From Octopus bimaculoides (lineage: Eukaryota), in contig NC_068994.1 of assembly GCF_001194135.2 (NCBI RefSeq), forward strand, positions 49,216,475 through 49,248,662: a stretch of DNA of 32,188 nt. Reading direction: 5' to 3'. The notes under the pieces were generated by a model. The model saw only the letters and a program-made list of their open reading frames with translations. It was not told where the DNA came from and did no database searches. The position numbers and the translations under genes are program-made. Positions 1 through 12,044 of the stretch are shown in pieces; positions within the stretch are counted from its first letter, which is position 1; each line of letters opens with the position of its first letter.

Positions 1-37
<37 letters not shown>

Positions 38-256
38 GCGCACACATATACACTCTTATACATACATACTTAAACATATACGTATTTATGTGCGTATATG
101 TATACATACTTACATACACACACACACACACATACATTCGTATACATTCATACGTACATGTTTATATACTTGTAAACGTGATATATATTCGTGAATGTAT
201 GAATGTGGTGTTTTGTATATGCATGTGTGTCTGTGTATATATCTGTGTGCATATAT

Positions 257-287
<31 letters not shown>

Positions 288-385
288 NNNNNNNNNNTAT
301 ACACGCACATATATATACACATATATGTACATACGTACGTAAACATATATGTGTGCGTATGTATGTGTGTTTGTATATATATTTA

Positions 386-706
386 GAAGCACTCCGTCGG
401 TTACGACGTCGAGGGTTCCAGTTGAAATCCGATCAACGGAACAGCTGGCTCGTGAAATTAACGTGCAAGTGGCTGAGCATTCCACTGACATGTGTACCCT
501 TAAATGTAGTTCTCAGGGAGATTCAACGTGACACAGAGTATGGCAAGGCAGGCCCTTTAAAATACAGGTACTACCCACTTTTGCCACCCCAGTAGACTGG
601 AGTAACGTGAAATAAAGTGTCTTGCTCAAGAACAAAACGCGTCGCCGGGAATTGAACTCACGACCACACAATAGTGAGGGGAATGCCCAAACCACTAATC
701 CACGCG
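386..706 (-). mobile_element. tRNA-derived SINE, family C (CORE-like body), near full length, head cut by gap
   Basis: Minus strand reads A-box-like TGGATTAGTGG, B-box-like GAGTTCAATTCCC, a CORE-like CTTGAGCAAGACACTTT, then a tail (GAGAACTACATTTAAGGGTAC...GCTCAGCCACTTGCACGTTAATTTCACGAG...CAACTGGAACC) that recurs at 5701-5823. Named-family assignment not verified. Confidence 0.8.
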
Positions 707-1762
707 NNNNNNNNNNNNNNNNNNNNNNNNNNNNNNNNNNNNNNNNNNNNNNNNNNNNNNNNNNNNNNNNNNNNNNNNNNNNNNNNNNNNNNNNNNNNNN
801 NNNNNNNNNNNNNNNNNNNNNNNNNNNNNNNNNNNNNNNNNNNNNNNNNNNNNNNNNNNNNNNNNNNNNNNNNNNNNNNNNNNNNNNNNNNNNNNNNNNN
901 NNNNNNNNNNNNNNNNNNNNNNNNNNNNNNNNNNNNNNNNNNNNNNNNNNNNNNNNNNNNNNNNNNNNNNNNNNNNNNNNNNNNNNNNNNNNNNNNNNNN
1001 NNNNNNNNNNNNNNNNNNNNNNNNNNATATATACGTGTGTGTATGTTTGTGTGTATATATACGTGTGTGCATGTGTGTATATATTGAGAGATATACACAC
1101 ACATTCGTGTACATACACCCACTTGGCTCCACACAATTGTAATTATTACCTAATGCTCATTTCGATTTTTCAGCTTCCTTTTTCTGCAAATTGGATGCTG
1201 CTTCCTTCCATCGTTACTTAGTATTTCCTAACCTTCATGCTCAATCATGAGAATCCTTTGGCACAAAGAGCACCAAATTCTAAATAGCAATGAAACGAGG
1301 CGCCAGTTGATTATAGATAAATCATAACCTCCTTACAATGGTAGTTATGCGGCGATGTGTGTATATGAAACCGAAATCTCTCTTTCTTTATCACTCTCCC
1401 CCAATAAATCAAATTGTAGAAAATTTAATTAGTGATAATTTTTTTTTTTTAATACAGCTCCTAATTTACTGTATCTATTTCGATTCTCTGCAAATAGTCT
1501 CACAATTTTAGCAATATGTGTTCAATCTCATTAAAATAAGAAAATATTTTGAAAATGTATACCAAATGAAGTGCGTTAGATAATGGATAGAAGAAATATT
1601 CACTCTAAATTAAAAAGTAATTTAAACTATAATACGGTTTTTGTGTTTCTGTAATTGTTGAAGTTTAACGTGTTTAGATTTCTTTGAAATCTGTATGTTT
1701 ATTTAATTAATAGAAGAGGCGTACTGTAGCTTTTGTAAATAACACTTTTTTTAAAAAACCAG

Positions 1763-1822
1763 GTATATTCAACATGGCTGAGAGATTCGGCGTACTTTGC
1801 CAAAGGATGTCTCTAGGAGAAG
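1763..1822 (+). other. Candidate 60-nt exon (unverified)
   Basis: CCAG acceptor (weak pyrimidine tract) and strong AAG|GTAAGT donor; open in phase 1-1 as GIFNMAERFGVLCQRMSLGE; no homology recognised. Confidence 0.2.
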
Positions 1823-1941
1823 GTAAGTCTGAACTCAAAATTGATATGCAGGGAATGGCATTGAACATGCACGGGCATTACTGGCATTTTGCTTGGGCAA
1901 TGGTCACGAGTGGACAGACATCATCATCACCATCACCATCA

Positions 1942-1977
<36 letters not shown>

Positions 1978-1985
1978 TATATGTG

Positions 1986-2017
<32 letters not shown>

Positions 2018-2769
2018 TTTACATATATATGTACATACATACGATCATTTATATATATATATATATACGCACACGTATATATATATATATATATATAAAC
2101 GCACTGAGAGAGAAAGACTGTAAGTGATGTACATAGATTAGTTCATAATTAGAAAGATAGACCGACGGGTAGCTGTATAGATCGAGGAATAGATAAATAG
2201 ATGTATTGATAGAGAAATGATAACACAGAAACTCATTCTTCGTCTCTACCCTTCTCTACCTCCACCTCCTCCTCCTCCTCCTCCTCCTCTTTTCCTATCT
2301 CACCTATGTTTCTATCTCTCTTATAAATGTTTAAATGTTATTTCACTAATGTATTATACGTTTGCACTCTGTTTGAGATTGTTAAACGCTGTTCCCTTTT
2401 ACATGATTTATGTCGTTAATTATCTGATAAAGATGAGAACAGGATATTGGAGACATATATATATATATATATATATATATANNNNNNNNNNNNNNNNNNN
2501 NNNNNNNNNNNNNNNNNNNNNNNNNNNNNNNNNNNNNNNNNNNNNNNNNNNNNNNNNNNNNNNNNNNNNNNNNNNNNNNNNNNNNNNNNNNNNNNNNNNN
2601 NNNNNNNNNNNNNNNNNNNNNNNNNNNNNNNNNNNNNNNNNNNNNNNNNNNNNNNNNNNNNNNNNNNNNNNNNNNNNNNNNNNNNNNNNNNNNNNNNNNN
2701 NNNNNNNNNNNNNNNNNNNNNNNNNNNNNNNNNNNNNNNNNNNNNNNNNNNNNNNNNNNNNNNNNNNNN

Positions 2770-2822
<53 letters not shown>

Positions 2823-2872
2823 TAGATAGATAGATATATTCGGGCTGAATTTGAGAGAAAACAATTAGAAGT

Positions 2873-3071
2873 AAGTAATAATAAATAAAAGAAACGGTGG
2901 AAAATAGTAGCGATGGGTGAAAGGCTAGGTAAGCCTAGAGGTGAGATATGGTTTAGTTGATGAGGAATGACAGAATTGAAATGTTTAAAGAAGAAAGACA
3001 TGTTGAATTGATTAAACATTACATACGTTAAAATTTATAATGTGACACACGGACGGTTTATATACGCGGGA
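2873..3071 (+). repeat. ~200-bp direct repeat, copy 1
   Basis: Aligns with 4119-4318 at roughly 80% by eye; includes a 41-bp exact match (3005-3045 = 4252-4292). Confidence 0.9.
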
Positions 3072-3649
3072 AAAAATCTTACGATTTTTTGTGTCTCCTT
3101 TTTTTTTCAGTAAGAGCTGGTGTATTGGTAAATAGTCAAAGGCGTTGGAGAGCATGGAAATTGAAGTTGTAATTGAGAAAACGTTGGCTGACATGGAAGG
3201 CTAGAAACCATTTGAATATTGGAAAAGAGTTACCTGTATCATGATGGTTCGCCCCAGGTATCAAATTTCCGACCTTCTGACTGCTGCTCAATGTTCTGTG
3301 TGACACGGGACGTGATCAACTGCATTAGAGACTACAACGTATATGTATATATATGTATGTATATTTATGTATATATGTATGTGCGTGTGATAGAGTGAGA
3401 GGAGAGGAGAGAAAGAGAGAAAGAGTGAGTTACATCGTACATATGAGCATGAGAATGAATTTTAATGGATCTCTGTCGATTCCGACGATGTGAGTTCAGT
3501 CGTTTGATCAACTGAACTATCTACTCATTGAATTATCGTGTATGAATAAATGGCTGGGTATTCCACAGACATTTGTACGCATAGCGTAACGTGCTTGACA
3601 AAACGTGATAAGACTAGGCCGTTAAAGTACATGTACAACCTATCTGAAA

Positions 3650-3803
3650 GGTTTCCATTCACTTTCTCCTGTACTCAATTTTATTCAAAAAGCATTAGTC
3701 AAACTGAATGTTTGATAAAAGAAGCTTGGCCGAAAAGTTAAGAGGTGGGATTGAACGTAAGACCACGTAATTACGAAGCGATTTTCTAAACTATGGGAAC
3801 ACC
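3650..3803 (-). mobile_element. Degenerate SINE, family B
   Basis: Minus strand GTTCAATCCCAC...GGCCAAGCTTC...GACTAATGCTTTTGAATAAAATTGAGTACAGGAGAAAGTGAATGGAAACC follows the order of the family B copy at 27261-27499. Confidence 0.55.
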
Positions 3804-3902
3804 TAAACATACATATATATATATTTACATAGACAGACAACTGCAGACATTATAAACATTGATATAAAGATAGGTAGACGTAGAGATAGATAAACAGGCC
3901 AA

Positions 3903-3971
<69 letters not shown>

Positions 3972-4118
3972 AAGAGAGAGAGAGAGAAAGGGAGAGGGAG
4001 GGACGGAGAAAGAGTTTTAGAAAGAGAGACAGACAATAAGATATACAGAGAGAGAAAGAGAGAGAAAACAGAGAGAAAGAGAAAGAAACTACGAGAGAGA
4101 ACAAGGAGGAGAAAGACT

Positions 4119-4318
4119 AAGTAATAATAGATAAAAGAAACGAAGGAAAAGAGTAGCGACGGGTGAAAGGTTAGGTAAGGCCGGAAGTGAGATATGGCTT
4201 GAGTTGATGAGGAATGATGGGAATGAAATGTTCAAGAAAGATAAACGCGTGGAATTGATTAAACATTACATACGTTAAAATTTATAATGTGAAACGCGGA
4301 CAGTTTATACAGGCGGGA
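4119..4318 (+). repeat. ~200-bp direct repeat, copy 2
   Basis: Aligns with 2873-3071; both copies lie just downstream of GA-rich microsatellite. Confidence 0.9.
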
Positions 4319-4363
4319 TAAATTCAATGAAGCAACTGATAGGATTTATGACTTTCACATAAA

Positions 4364-4405
<42 letters not shown>

Positions 4406-4500
4406 ACACACACACAAACACAAATTCATACTTATATGCATGTGTATGTGTACATAAATACGTGTGTGTAAACATGTATATTATATTTGTATATTATATT

Positions 4501-4573
<73 letters not shown>

Positions 4574-4764
4574 ATACATACATTCATACACACAAGTATG
4601 TATGTATATATGTATATATGTATATGTATCTACGTATATATGTGTGTGTATATAGATATACCAATCACAGCAACACATATATGCGTATGTGTACATTATA
4701 TGCATCTTGAAATTAAATTAGGCATTTATATATATATATATATAGTGTATTATATTATAATATT

Positions 4765-4984
4765 AAGGCGGCGAGCTTGGCAGAAACGTTAAGCACGCCG
4801 GGCGAAATGCTTAATGGTATTTCGCCTGTTTTTACGTTCTGAGTTCAAATTCCGCCGAGGTCGACTTTGCTTTTCATCCTTTCTGGGTCGATAAATTAAG
4901 TACCGGTTGCGTGCTGAAGTCGATCTGATGAACTGGCCTCCTCCCACCAATATTTCGGGCCTTGTGCCTAGAGTAGAAAAAATT
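4765..4984 (+). mobile_element. tRNA-derived SINE, family A, full length
   Basis: Head GGCGGCGAGCTTGGCAGAAACGTT (A-box-like), B-box-like GAGTTCAAATTCC, body GTCGACTTTGCTTTTCATCCTTTCTGGGTCGATAAATTAAGTACC, tail GGGCCTTGTGCCTAGAGTAGAAA; repeated several times in the window. Confidence 0.9.
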
Positions 4985-5004
4985 ATATTTCATTACATCG
5001 TATT

Positions 5005-5220
5005 AAAGCGTCGAGCTGGCAGGATAGTTAGCACGGCGGACTATATGTTTAGCAATATTTCGTCCGTCTTTACATTCTGAGTTCAAATTCTCTCAAAGTT
5101 AACTTTGCCCTTCATCCTTTCGGGGTCGATGAATTAAGTAGCACTTGACCGGTGGGATCGATGTAATCGACTGGCCTTCTCCACACAAATTTGAAGTTTT
5201 GCTTATAGAAGAAAGGGTTA
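5005..5220 (+). mobile_element. SINE family A, second copy in tandem
   Basis: Same head, B box and CATCCTTTCGGGGTCGATGAATTAAGTA body about 20 nt after the previous copy; visibly diverged from it. Confidence 0.85.
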
Positions 5221-5700
5221 TATATATAAATATATCGTTGCTATTATGTTAAACTGTCGCATGTCCAAACTTGGCCAAACGCGTGTTTTTTTTTTGTTCA
5301 ATATTTATTCTTAATTGCAATAGCCTGTTCTTTTAGTCAAACTATCGTATCTCCAGCTGCTTTATATGGCAAGATATCAAAAATTGTCAAAGTGTAACTC
5401 AACGATTTTGTTATGGAATAGTGAAACGATTTTTTCGTTTTCTGAAAAAAAAAAAAAAGAAAAAAAGCAACGTTTTGGACTTACAACGCTTTTGCTTAAC
5501 AGCAACGATATATATTTATAAAGTTATAAATGACAGAGTAATAGTTTGATGAAGTTTTATTTAACAGTAAGAGAATTATATCACGACAAATTGCATCGGA
5601 ACTTTAACCATAAATAATTTTGTAGAATGATACATGAAGTTGCTTTTTTATGAGTACTACCGGATTATTTGAATCCATATATTGTGACGTAAATATATAT

Positions 5701-5823
5701 TCACACTGAACCTCTCTGAGAAACTACGTTAAGGGTACGTGTGTCTTTGGGGTGCTCAGCCACTTGCACGTCAATTTCCACGAGCAAGCCGTTCCGTTGA
5801 TCGAATCAACTGGAACCGCCGAC
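5701..5823 (+). mobile_element. 5'-truncated SINE family C tail
   Basis: CTGAGAAACTACGTTAAGGGTAC...GCTCAGCCACTTGCACGTCAATTTCCACGAGC...GTTCCGTTGATCGAATCAACTGGAACC matches the reverse complement of about 390-520. Confidence 0.8.
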
Positions 5824-5943
5824 ATTAAAGACAGAGTACCTGTAAATCTTAAACCATAGCATCGCAAATATAGAAGGAGGATACATCACTGCCACTCGCG
5901 TTTCTCATACCATCTTGAAAGTCCTTCAAGACCTAAATTTCAT

Positions 5944-6165
5944 ATATGGAAATATTTACGAAAAAAACAACAGACGAAGACAGGTGGTGTAAACAACAAA
6001 TGGATGTATTAGTTTAACGCACGGGAATAGAGAAAGTCTTTGACGTTTCGAGCCTACGCTCTTCAACTGAAAGGAACACAGAAAGAAACAAGGAGAGAAA
6101 AAAGTATAAATGTAGTGGTCAGCGATCTATCATGGCGAATGCCGGGCAGAAGGATTTCATATACC
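5944..6165 (-). mobile_element. Probable Penelope-like solo terminal-repeat remnant carrying a degenerate hammerhead
   Basis: Pyrimidine-rich leader, hammerhead-like motif, then ...TTCCCGTGCGTTAAACTAATAC... and a T-rich tail; same layout as 24690-24880. Boundaries approximate. Confidence 0.5.
6038..6073 (-). ncRNA. Degenerate minimal type I hammerhead ribozyme motif
   Basis: CTTT-CAGTTGA-A-GAGC(GTAG)GCTC-GAAA-CG-TC-AAAG: stems I and II pair, ACGT palindromic stem III; core differs from CUGANGA at two positions. Confidence 0.45.
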
Positions 6166-6479
6166 TCCTCAAAGCCCAGTTCGCAAGGAATCGTCAACTA
6201 AACAATCAGGAACTTACTCAAGTCAGATCATACCTTAAGATCAAGAAAGCGGAGTTCCTTCATTATTGTTCTGTGGCTTGGACACACAAGCGTTTCTCAT
6301 TAATTAACCCATTATCACCTTCCAGTCATCAGCAGCACTCAGAAATCTTGCTCTCAGCTTTATTTCGGTTACCCTCTGGCGTTGTCTCTTTTCGGTCTCC
6401 TTGTGGAAAACAATAGGGTCAAAAATTACTGTTTATTATCGCTGCATTGACACTGCAGTATTGCTATTTCAGTGCATCA

Positions 6480-6580
6480 GCAAAGATTATGCACGATTTG
6501 GTTATGTTGCTGCAAGTACTGTGTATGAGATGACTTCCACGCTGCCAGAACGAACGTGCTCCAACGATGCATAAACTTCC
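6480..6580 (-). pseudogene. Possible decayed zinc-knuckle region of an R4/Dong-like retrotransposon
   Basis: Joining two frames across a 2-nt slip gives LEHVRSGSVEVISYTQYLQQHNQIVHNLC, resembling the EHxxSGC...TxYxxRH(N/D)xV motif of R4-clade elements; conserved Cys absent. Confidence 0.3.
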
Positions 6581-6640
6581 GCTCCACGGAAGATGAATAT
6601 ATATGATACATTTATAAGCATTCGTACAGGGAATATATAT

Positions 6641-6679
<39 letters not shown>

Positions 6680-6969
6680 TACGTACACACACTCATGTAT
6701 ATATATGTATGTTTGTGTGCGTGTGCCTCTGTATATATATATATATATACATGTGTGTATGTGTGTGCGTGCCATAATATACTTCTCATTCTAGATACTT
6801 ACTCAAGCGAATATTGCACCTCTACTCCCTCACACAGACACACACGCATATCTATACACCTCATCTCTCTCTCTCTCTCTCTCCCTCTCTTTCTCTCTCT
6901 CTCTCCCTCTCTCTCTCTCTCTCCCTCTCTATCTCTCTCTCTATCTTTTATTTCTCTCCTCCCACCCGT

Positions 6970-7051
<82 letters not shown>

Positions 7052-7208
7052 CATATGTGAGCGTAATATATGAATATACGTATAATATAACAGAATATCT
7101 ATGCATAAATGCATATATATATTTATATATATGTATGCATTATGTATATATGCGTATATGTATGCATGTATATATAAATATATATATATATATACATATA
7201 CATATTTG

Positions 7209-7241
<33 letters not shown>

Positions 7242-7265
7242 ATATATGTATACACATATATGCAC

Positions 7266-7311
<46 letters not shown>

Positions 7312-7612
7312 ACATATACATATTTATGTATAATGTAAATGTGCGTGCATATATAAATATAAATATGAATATATATAATGTGTGTGTATATAAATATATA
7401 TGTATATATATATATATACATATGTGTGCGCACACATACACATACATAAACATATGCCCACGTACATACACAGGCACACACGTGCGCTCAAATATATATA
7501 AAGCTACAATATTTTGTAGCTGCTATTTTCTCTCATTAAAGTTGGTGAAACCCATAAAAATATATTCTTAACACGCCGCCCTCATCCGAGCGTCCCCTTC
7601 ATCTTTGCACAG

Positions 7613-7630
7613 CTTCCGCGCCATCTAAAG
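7613..7630 (+). other. Candidate 18-nt micro-exon (unverified)
   Basis: CCCCTTCATCTTTGCACAG acceptor and AAG|GTAATT donor 18 nt apart; frame-preserving. Confidence 0.15.
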
Positions 7631-8947
7631 GTAATTGAAAAATCTGGAATGATGTGGCTGTGTGTCAGTTTGTGCGGTTGTGAGGTCGTTGTGTGTTTGT
7701 GTGTTAGTGTGTTTGTGTGTTAGTGCGAGAGGTGTGTTAATTCGTTGTGTTGTGTTGGGAGGCGGTTGTGGCCTCGTGGTCTTCTATTGCGTATAGAGGA
7801 GCGATGTTTTTGGTCGGCGTTGTGTTGGCGGTGTTGCTGTTGTTCTCGTTATTGCTGTTGTTGTTGTTGTTGTTGTTGTTGTATACCGGTGTGGCGTCGG
7901 TGCGTTGTTGTGGTGGAGGGGCGTGGGGTTGGTCGGTTGGTTTGTGGGGTTTTTACTTGCTTGATGTGTAGTGTGTTAGGGAGGTGGTGGTGGCCGTGAT
8001 TGTTTCAGTTAGTGGAATAGTTTCATTTTTAAAGTGAAAGTATTTGACATGAGTGTTTTTGTTTCNNNNNNNNNNNNNNNNNNNNNNNNNNNNNNNNNNN
8101 NNNNNNNNNNNNNNNNNNNNNNNNNNNNNNNNNNNNNNNNNNNNNNNNNNNNNNNNNNNNNNNNNNNNNNNNNNNNNNNNNNNNNNNNNNNNNNNNNNNN
8201 NNNNNNNNNNNNNNNNNNNNNNNNNNNNNNNNNNNNNNNNNNNNNNNNNNNNNNNNNNNNNNNNNNNNNNNNNNNNNNNNNNNNNNNNNNNNNNNNNNNN
8301 NNNNNNNNNNNNNNNNNNNNNNNNNNNNNNNNNNNNNNNNNNNNNNNNNNNNNNNNNNNNNNNNNNNNNNNNNNNNNNNNNNNNNNNNNNNNNNNNNNNN
8401 NNNNNNNNNNNNNNNNNNNNNNNNNNNNNNNNNNNNNNNNNNNNNNNNNNNNNNNNNNNNNNNNNNNNNNNNNNNNNNNNNNNNNNNNNNNNNNNNNNNN
8501 NNNNNNNNNNNNNNNNNNNNNNNNNNNNNNNNNNNNNNNNNNNNNNNNNNNNNNNNNNNNNNNNNNNNNNNNNNNNNNNNNNNNNNNNNNNNNNNNNNNN
8601 NNNNNNNNNNNNNNNNNNNNNNNNNNNNNNNNNNNNNNNNNNNNNNNNNNNNNNNNNNNNNNNNNNNNNNNAGCGCTTTGCTGTTGTTTCTAGCTGGTCG
8701 AAGAGCCACGAGGAGGCGCCTCTGGTCTCGTGATGTGATCGGGTGAAAGGGTGGAGTATATGTGTTAGGGGTATCATTATTATTGCGTGGTGGTGTGTTG
8801 GAATTGTGATATAAGGGTGTACGGGGTGGTTGTGGGGAGGGGGGATTTAGTGAGATGATAGAGGCGTTGTGTGTATGTGTGTGAGTGTGTGTAAGTTTGT
8901 GTGTTGAATGTGTGTGCCTGCTTGTGTGTGTGTGTGAGTGTGTGTTT

Positions 8948-8988
<41 letters not shown>

Positions 8989-9082
8989 GGTACCTAGGTG
9001 AACTGTACCAATAAATATTCAATGGAGGTCGATTACGGAATCATGTGACTCCCGATGGATGTGTATGGACATCCGTGTGTAT

Positions 9083-9120
<38 letters not shown>

Positions 9121-9390
9121 TTATATGCGGATGTATATGTGTAATATGCGTATTATCACTCATACACACACATATATACGTATGTGTGTATATGTATATA
9201 TATATATATATAGATATACATGCGTACATATGCATATATGTTTTTTATATATACATACATGCATATATATATATATATATATATATATGTTTGTATGTAT
9301 ATATGTATGTATAAATATATGTATATGCATACGTATTTGTGAATGTATGTATATTGGTATTTGTGTTTGTGTGCGCGCGTGGGTTTGTGC

Positions 9391-9423
<33 letters not shown>

Positions 9424-9537
9424 CTTTTACGTTCGTGTGCGCGTGTGGTGAGGTTGCATCAATATCGATGTGTATATCTGTCCCTATAGATGATATCATT
9501 GCATATGTTTTTCTCTCTGATATATTTGTGTTTCTTT

Positions 9538-9617
9538 GTAGATGATATCACTATGTGTGTGTGTATGTTTTGTAAATGATATCACTATGTGTGTGTGTAT
9601 GTTTTGTAGATGATATC
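9538..9617 (+). repeat. 34-bp minisatellite, about 2.4 copies
   Basis: GTAGATGATATCACTATGTGTGTGTGTATGTTTT units start at 9538, 9572 and 9606; related ATAGATGATATC at 9486. Confidence 0.85.
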
Positions 9618-9701
9618 GCTCTGTATATAACTTCATAGATGCGTGTTTGCGTGTGAGTATGTGTGTATGTATGTATGCATGTATATATGTATGTATGTAT
9701 G

Positions 9702-9743
<42 letters not shown>

Positions 9744-10362
9744 TCTTTGTGTATGTATGTGTGTGTACCTCTTTGTAGCTGAAATTATTATCGAACTTGT
9801 TATGTGTATAAGAATACGGGTGGTTTTGTGTATCTTAGTACACATGTCCTTAAATGAGTGTGGATGTGTCTGCGTACGCATGTATTTGTCTAGTAAGCGT
9901 ATGGCTGTATACGCACGTGTATACATGTGTAGATGTGTGTATTATTATATATATGTTTGTATGCTGGGTGTATATATGAGCATCTGAATAATATGTATAT
10001 GTATGTATATGCGTTATTATCTGTAAGTATGGCTATATCTTTATCAGCACGTATTGGGGAGTTGTTTATATTTTCACACACTTATAGTAGCGGATGTATT
10101 GTTAATAGTTGTGTATGTGAATATATGTGTGTATGTATGTATGTGTGTGTCGTTGTATTTGAATAGAAATACTTTTTTATATCAGTTTGTGTGTGTGTGT
10201 GTGTATGCATGTATATATGTACGTATGTCTACAGAGATAACTTGATAGATTGAGAGATATATAAAACAGGCAGGGTATATAGTTACCCATTTCATTTATA
10301 TAAGATATATGCAGAACTTATTCCACATACAATTATACACACACCGGCGCGCGCGCAGCACG

Positions 10363-10399
<37 letters not shown>

Positions 10400-11466
10400 G
10401 TATATACATACATTCATGCATACTTATATGTGTATACATATATGTATATATATATGTACATACATATACACACACACATATATATATGCATACATTCATA
10501 TCTACATTCATATCTACATACACGCACATATAAATGTACGCGTGTATATATGTATACATCCACTTGCATATATATATATATATATANNNNNNNNNNNNNN
10601 NNNNNNNNNNNNNNNNNNNNNNNNNNNNNNNNNNNNNNNNNNNNNNNNNNNNNNNNNNNNNNNNNNNNNNNNNNNNNNNNNNNNNNNNNNNNNNNNNNNN
10701 NNNNNNNNNNNNNNNNNNNNNNNNNNNNNNNNNNNNNNNNNNNNNNNNNNNNNNNNNNNNNNNNNNNNNNNNNNNNNNNNNNNNNNNNNNNNNNNNNNNN
10801 NNNNNNNNNNNNNNNNNNNNNNNNNNNNNNNNNNNNNNNNNNNNNNNNNNNNNNNNNNNNNNNNNNNNNNNNNNNNNNNNNNNNNNNNNNNNNNNNNNNN
10901 NNNNNNNNNNNNNNNNNNNNNNNNNNNNNNNNNNNNNNNNNNNNNNNNNNNNNNNNNNNNNNNNNNNNNNNNNNNNNNNNNNNNNNNNNNNNNNNNNNNN
11001 NNNNNNNNNNNNNNNNNNNNNNNNNNNNNNNNNNNNNNNNNNNNNNNNNNNNNNNNNNNNNNNNNNNNNNNNNNNNNNNNNNNNNNNNNNNNNNNNNNNN
11101 NNNNNNNNNNNNNNNNNNNNNNNNNNNNNNNNNNNNNNNNNNNNNNNNNNNNNNNNNNNNNNNNNNNNNNNNNNNNNNNNNNNNNNNNNNNNNNNNNNNN
11201 NNNNNNTTTCTGCTACGGGTACGTGAATATTTGTGTGTGTGTGTGTGTGTGTGAGTATAGTATATGTGTAAGTGCATGCGTATGTATGTGTGTATGTGTG
11301 TATGTGTGTACGCGTTCCTGTACCTGTAAGTGTGTGTGTGTGTGAGCATGCATGAAATAACGTTTGAGTAGGAGTAACTAATCGATATTACTGAGATGGC
11401 AATCATTCAATGTGTGAAGACAAAGACGGAAGCAATCTGTGGCCTCCTCTAACTCTTTCCCAGTTC

Positions 11467-11469
<3 letters not shown>

Positions 11470-11509
<40 letters not shown>

Positions 11510-11645
11510 GTGCCTCTCTTTCTGACTTCCCCTCATTTTCTCTCCCTCTACCCGTCACTCATTCACTTCGTCCTGTCTCTCTCCCTTCTTTCTTTTACTC
11601 TCTTTTATCTTTCTGTTTCTCTTTCTCTCTCTCTCTCTCTCTCTT

Positions 11646-11712
<67 letters not shown>
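11470..11712 (+). repeat. (CT)n-rich microsatellite tract
   Basis: Long perfect and imperfect CT runs. Confidence 0.95.
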
Positions 11713-11716
<4 letters not shown>

Positions 11717-12007
11717 CTTTTTATCTCTCTTTGTGTCTTTGCTTGACGGCCAAAAGCGGTCACCATGAAATTGCAGCACTTTCCGGAAGCTGCGAAGCTG
11801 ACACAAAGTATGCATGTAAGAGTGTGTGTGTGTGTGTGTGTGTGTTTGTATTGTGTGTGTGTGTTTGTATGTGTGTGTGTGTGTGTGTGCGCGTGCGTGT
11901 GTGCGTGTATGTGTGTGTGTGTAGGGAGGGAGAGAGAGAGAAAGAGACCGACAGACAGAGTATAGAGAATAAAATGCAGGAAATATGGGAGATAGATTAT
12001 TAGACAC

Positions 12008-12044
<37 letters not shown>

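Noticed and set aside
6231-6260. KELRFLDLKV resembling the Penelope RT FLD motif
   Set aside because: Isolated short match; surrounding residues do not follow Penelope RT and contain stops.
7650-9000. Strongly G/T-skewed degenerate sequence on both sides of a gap
   Set aside because: Explained by decayed (GT)n/(GTT)n repeats and possibly low-quality contig ends; no other structure found.
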